DNA of 64,000 bases from a virus (lineage: Duplodnaviria > Caudoviricetes), in the IMG/VR virus record IMGVR_UViG_3300032335_000777, positions 32,001 to 96,000 of that record; one strand, given 5' to 3'. Position 1 is the stretch's first letter; the number at the start of each line of letters is the position of its first letter. The position numbers and the translations under genes are program-made. Of this stretch, positions 61,742-64,000 are shown piece by piece. The notes beneath the pieces were generated by a model, which ran no database searches, was not told the DNA's origin, and was given only the letters and a program-made list of their open reading frames with translations.

Positions 61742-63709
61742 ATGAATGTTCTAATTTATGACATTGAAACTCTGAAAGAAATGTTTCTCGTGGGGATTTA
61801 TATTCCTCACGAGAATACATATCATGAGTTTGAGGTGAGCAAAAGCAAATACGATTTAGATAGATTTGTAGAGTTCTCAGAGAAGTATAAAGACTTCTAT
61901 TGGGTGGGCTACAATAATCTAAGATTTGACTGTCAGGTTGTTGAATGGATCTTGAGAAAGTGCCATGACTGGGGAGAGAAATCTAATCTAGATGTAGCAG
62001 GTATGATTGCTCAAAAAGCGCAGGATGTTATTCATGATGCTAATTATGATGTGTTTGCTGAATACAGAGAAGAAGATCTTACACTCAAGCAGATTGATTT
62101 GTTCAAGATACATCACTTTGACAATAAGAATAGACGTGTTAGTCTAAAGAGACTAGAGTTTGAAATGGATCTTGAGAATATTGAAGAGATGCCCATTCAT
62201 CACACAAAGGTGGGAATGACTCTAGATGATAGAAAACTCACACGTCAGTATTGTAAGAATGATGTTATGGCCACTTATGAGTTTTACAAGGTGACTATAG
62301 GTGAAACAGATCATCCGTTGTACAAGGGTAATGATCAGATACAGCTGAGACTAGATATAGAAAAAGAGTTTGACATTCCATGTATAAACTATTCAGACAG
62401 TAAGATTGGTGATGAGATCATTAAGAAATACTATTCTGAAGAGAAGCAGATAGATATCAAAACACTTCCTAGAAAAGGTAAATTTAGATCTCATGTATAT
62501 CTGAATAAATGTATAGCTCCTTACGTGCAGTTTAAAACTGTTCAGCTAGATCAGTTTCTTAAAAAACTGAGAGGTATGAAAATGGGAATGACAGATGATT
62601 TCAAAGAACAAATACATTTCTATGACAATGTGTACTCGTTTATGAAAGGTGGATTGCACACAGAAAACAAACCAGAAGTGTTTGAAGAGGATGAAGATCA
62701 TCTCATCATTGACTGGGACGTTTCTAGCTACTATCCTGCCATTATTATCAACAACAAGCAGTATCCATATCATTTAGGGAAAGAGTTTCTTACAGGCTAT
62801 AAAAAGATGTATGAGAAGCGTCTTGAATTAAAGCCTTTTGCAAAGAATGATAAGAAGATTAAGGGTATTGTTGGTGCTTTGAAGCTTGCTGTAAACTCTG
62901 TGTATGGTAAATCTAGTGACATGAATAGTTGGATATATGATAGACAACTCACTATGTTTACAACCATCACAGGAGAATTGTCCTTGATGATGCTCATTGA
63001 AGAGTATGAAACCAAAGACATACGTGTCATATCAGCAAACACTGATGGTGTTACAATCTACATCCACAAAAGCAAACTAGCTGAGATGGATAAGATTAAT
63101 GACTGGTGGTGTAAGATTACAGGATATGAGCTTGAAAGAGCTGACTACAAGAAGATTATATTTTCAACAGTTAATGATTATTTAGCAATTAAAACAGATG
63201 GAGAAATTAAAAAGAAAGGAGACTTTCTCACGGATTTTGAACTTCATAAAAACAAGTCCGCCAGAATTGTTCCTCTTGCTCTTGAGCGTTACTTTGTTGA
63301 TGGTGTTCCTATTTCTAAAAGTATTATTCTTCATAGAAGTCCTTATGATTTTTGCATAAGACAAAAATCAAACAGTGATTTTCATTATGAAGGATATAGA
63401 AAAGGCATGGAACCATCTATCTACAATAAGCTCATTCGTTACTATGTAACAAGTGGTAATGATGGTGAGAAGTTATTGAAAATTAAAAACCAAGACTCAC
63501 AGTCAACTGCACCAAGCAGTTCACAAGTGGAGGCTGGTGATTGGTTGTGTAAGGTGGTAAACTATCTTCCTGCAAACACAGATGTTAAATCAATGAATAT
63601 TAATTATCAGTATTACATTGATAAGGCTGAAAGTATTGTATTGAAGATTGTTACAAAAGGTAAAAAACGAAAAGTGGAAAGAATAGCTAATCAAATTTCT
63701 TTATTTTAA
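61742..63709 (+). CDS. polB: DNA polymerase family B (655 aa)
   Basis: Exonuclease motifs YDIET, GYNNLRFD and YCKNDV; polymerase motifs DWDVSSYYP, KLAVNSVYGK and ANTDG; KKKG. Confidence 0.92.
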   Translation: MNVLIYDIETLKEMFLVGIYIPHENTYHEFEVSKSKYDLDRFVEFSEKYKDFYWVGYNNLRFDCQVVEWILRKCHDWGEKSNLDVAGMIAQKAQDVIHDANYDVFAEYREEDLTLKQIDLFKIHHFDNKNRRVSLKRLEFEMDLENIEEMPIHHTKVGMTLDDRKLTRQYCKNDVMATYEFYKVTIGETDHPLYKGNDQIQLRLDIEKEFDIPCINYSDSKIGDEIIKKYYSEEKQIDIKTLPRKGKFRSHVYLNKCIAPYVQFKTVQLDQFLKKLRGMKMGMTDDFKEQIHFYDNVYSFMKGGLHTENKPEVFEEDEDHLIIDWDVSSYYPAIIINNKQYPYHLGKEFLTGYKKMYEKRLELKPFAKNDKKIKGIVGALKLAVNSVYGKSSDMNSWIYDRQLTMFTTITGELSLMMLIEEYETKDIRVISANTDGVTIYIHKSKLAEMDKINDWWCKITGYELERADYKKIIFSTVNDYLAIKTDGEIKKKGDFLTDFELHKNKSARIVPLALERYFVDGVPISKSIILHRSPYDFCIRQKSNSDFHYEGYRKGMEPSIYNKLIRYYVTSGNDGEKLLKIKNQDSQSTAPSSSQVEAGDWLCKVVNYLPANTDVKSMNINYQYYIDKAESIVLKIVTKGKKRKVERIANQISLF

Positions 63710-63711
63710 TT

Positions 63712-64000
63712 ATGGAAGAAGAAAAATCTTATACACAAATAGAAACACTACCTCCTGTTAACTTTATTCCTGTATATCGAAGATCAATGAAGATTCCAAT
63801 AGTAAGAGGCAGTAGATACTTTGATCTGTATGGTGTAGTGCATGTAGTGATATACTCTAAGCCAGACACAATTAAGTTGATGCCAATTAAAAAAAATGCT
63901 ATGATTGATGTTTGGGAAGTAGATGAGTTTAAAAACCAAGTGAGGCTTTTAAAGTTCACACATGTCCCACATCCTCCAATAAATAGAGAAAATGTTTCAG
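63712..64000 (+). CDS. Hypothetical protein, partial (runs off the right edge)
   Basis: ATG 2 nt after the polB stop; open to the window end (MEEEKSYTQIETLPPVNF...). Confidence 0.55.
   Translation, partial: MEEEKSYTQIETLPPVNFIPVYRRSMKIPIVRGSRYFDLYGVVHVVIYSKPDTIKLMPIKKNAMIDVWEVDEFKNQVRLLKFTHVPHPPINRENVS

Noticed and set aside
1763-63709. Stop-codon reassignment, as in some crAss-like phages
   Set aside because: Very long ORFs are intact under code 11, TAG and TGA both end genes, and there is no clear suppressor tRNA.
50624-63709. Introns or inteins in terL or polB
   Set aside because: Both are compact with contiguous motifs. I saw no intein termini or homing endonuclease motifs.

Overview
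This is a 64-kb segment of a crAss-like (Crassvirales-type) dsDNA phage genome, most likely infecting a Bacteroidota host. Evidence for the host is TAnnTTTG promoters and A-rich leaders without a Shine-Dalgarno sequence. It uses the standard genetic code, and I saw no introns or inteins. Positions 1-54358 (minus strand) form the late virion module: wHTH and HU-like genes, terminase, portal, scaffold, major capsid, ring and auxiliary proteins, tail-collar proteins, a split muzzle gene, five large injected 'cargo' proteins and a collagen-like (GTS)n fibre gene that runs off the left edge. One cargo protein is a 4825-aa virion RNA polymerase with the DFDID motif. After a strand switch at about 54385-54610, the plus strand carries many small early genes, several structured non-coding elements, an atypical tRNA-like gene and a family B DNA polymerase. 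The most notable observations: (1) the virion RNAP is fused to a macrodomain-like domain and a motif-complete RecD/Dda-like SF1B helicase, next to a cargo protein carrying ADP-ribosyltransferase-like and RecB-type nuclease domains; (2) the early region holds a twister-like ribozyme candidate among a cluster of structured RNAs; (3) the cargo proteins are modular, punctuated by xxGG motifs; (4) virion proteins carry mucin-like Thr tracts and share a Cys-rich adaptor domain; (5) PolB ends in a beta-clamp-binding motif. All family calls come from motif recognition by eye; no database search was run.
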